Assembly (NCBI GenBank): GCA_029856435.1
Contig: JAHQXB010000050.1
Span: forward strand, 1-14,291
Direction: 5' to 3'
DNA length: 14,291 bases
From: Candidatus Jordarchaeia archaeon
GTDB lineage: Archaea > Asgardarchaeota > Jordiarchaeia > Jordiarchaeales > Jordiarchaeaceae
Positions 13,627 through 14,291 of the stretch are shown here, one piece after another; position 1 is the stretch's first letter; every line of letters starts with the position of its first letter. The notes under the pieces are model-generated. The model did not search any database, was not told the DNA's origin, and saw only the letters and a program-made list of their open reading frames with translations. The translations under genes and the position numbers were made by a program.

Positions 13627-14291
13627 GGGAACTGTGCTGAAGCCCATGCTAACAGTTCTAAAATAGCGGTGTTTAAATAGAATTATGCTGAACTACAACT
13701 AGATGCCTATGGAGCGATTATACACCCTCAAAGAGGCGAAACAACTACTGGGCGTCACGACGCGAACCATCCAGAAATGGGACAAGCAGGGCAAGCTACG
13801 AGTGGTCAGAACAGCCGGCGGTCGAAGACGGATACCCGAAAGTGAAATCAAGCGACTGCTTCACATCCACGAGCAGAGAGAGGTCATAGGGTACGCCCGC
13901 GTGTCGTCAGCATCCCAGCGCGACGACCTCCAAAGACAGGTGGAACTGCTCAAACAGCAGGGAGTTACAAAAATACTGACAGACATAGGCTCTGGATTGA
14001 ACGAAAAACGGAAAAACTACCAGAAACTCCTACAGCTAGTGGCGGATCGCAAGGTGGATAAGATTATGCTAACTTACCCCGATCGGTTAACCCGCTTCGG
14101 CTTCCACACTCTCCAAATGCTACTCGCCACCTTTGGAACAGAGGTGGAAGTGGCCAACGACAACGCCTACCGGACACCCTACGAGGAACTGGTCGAAGAC
14201 CTGCTTACCATCGTCGCTCATTTTTGCGGAAAACTCTACGGTACACGCTCCCACAAGCAAAAAAAGGTGGTCGAACGTGTTAAAAACATTC
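13627..14291 (+). mobile_element. IS607-family insertion sequence, left part (truncated by the window edge)
   Basis: Contains the IS607 TnpA. GC jumps (hand count 34/60 at 13741-13800 versus 24/60 at 12121-12180). Short direct repeats lie upstream of tnpA. The exact left end is inferred, at the GG run 13626-13629. Confidence 0.8.
13703..14291 (+). CDS. tnpA: IS607 TnpA serine recombinase (MerR-type HTH plus resolvase domain), 3-prime partial, not in the ORF track
   Basis: My translation: [49 protein letters not shown]...[19 protein letters not shown]...[14 protein letters not shown]...[10 protein letters not shown]...[25 protein letters not shown]. No stop before the edge. ATG 13709 is an alternative start. 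Confidence 0.95.
   Translation, partial: MPMERLYTLKEAKQLLGVTTRTIQKWDKQGKLRVVRTAGGRRRIPESEIKRLLHIHEQREVIGYARVSSASQRDDLQRQVELLKQQGVTKILTDIGSGLNEKRKNYQKLLQLVADRKVDKIMLTYPDRLTRFGFHTLQMLLATFGTEVEVANDNAYRTPYEELVEDLLTIVAHFCGKLYGTRSHKQKKVVERVKNI

Noticed and set aside
1-14291. CRISPR arrays, cas genes, rRNA or tRNA genes
   Set aside because: No regularly spaced repeats or conserved RNA motifs seen by eye.

Overview
Archaeal chromosomal window, probably from an Asgard archaeon. That assignment is inferred from a longin-domain protein, a membrane-anchored RING-finger protein, a stand-alone 7TM protein, GGTGA/GGAGG ribosome-binding sites, BRE/TATA-like promoters, and MTH1675-like and MJ0100/MJ0099-like genes. 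Twelve complete CDSs are supported: an ADP-forming acyl-CoA synthetase alpha subunit, an 89-aa orphan, a longin-winged-helix protein, a 7TM protein, a xylose-isomerase-like TIM barrel, a 419-aa orphan, an MTH1675/PK_C-like protein, a membrane RING protein, an aspartate-semialdehyde sulfurtransferase (DUF39-CBS), its NIL-ferredoxin partner, a coiled-coil-winged-helix protein, and an acyl-CoA dehydrogenase with a winged-helix tail. An IS607 TnpA absent from the ORF track runs off the right edge. Non-coding finds are a 178-bp MITE (16-bp perfect TIRs, 9-bp target duplication) inserted in the RING gene's stop codon without altering the protein, and an unexplained 184-bp element with 28-bp inverted ends and nested stems (ncRNA or MITE). 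The most interesting leads are the NPRL2-like longin-wH protein, the membrane RING E3-like protein, the 184-bp element and the ACAD-wHTH fusion. All family calls come from motif recognition, not database searches.
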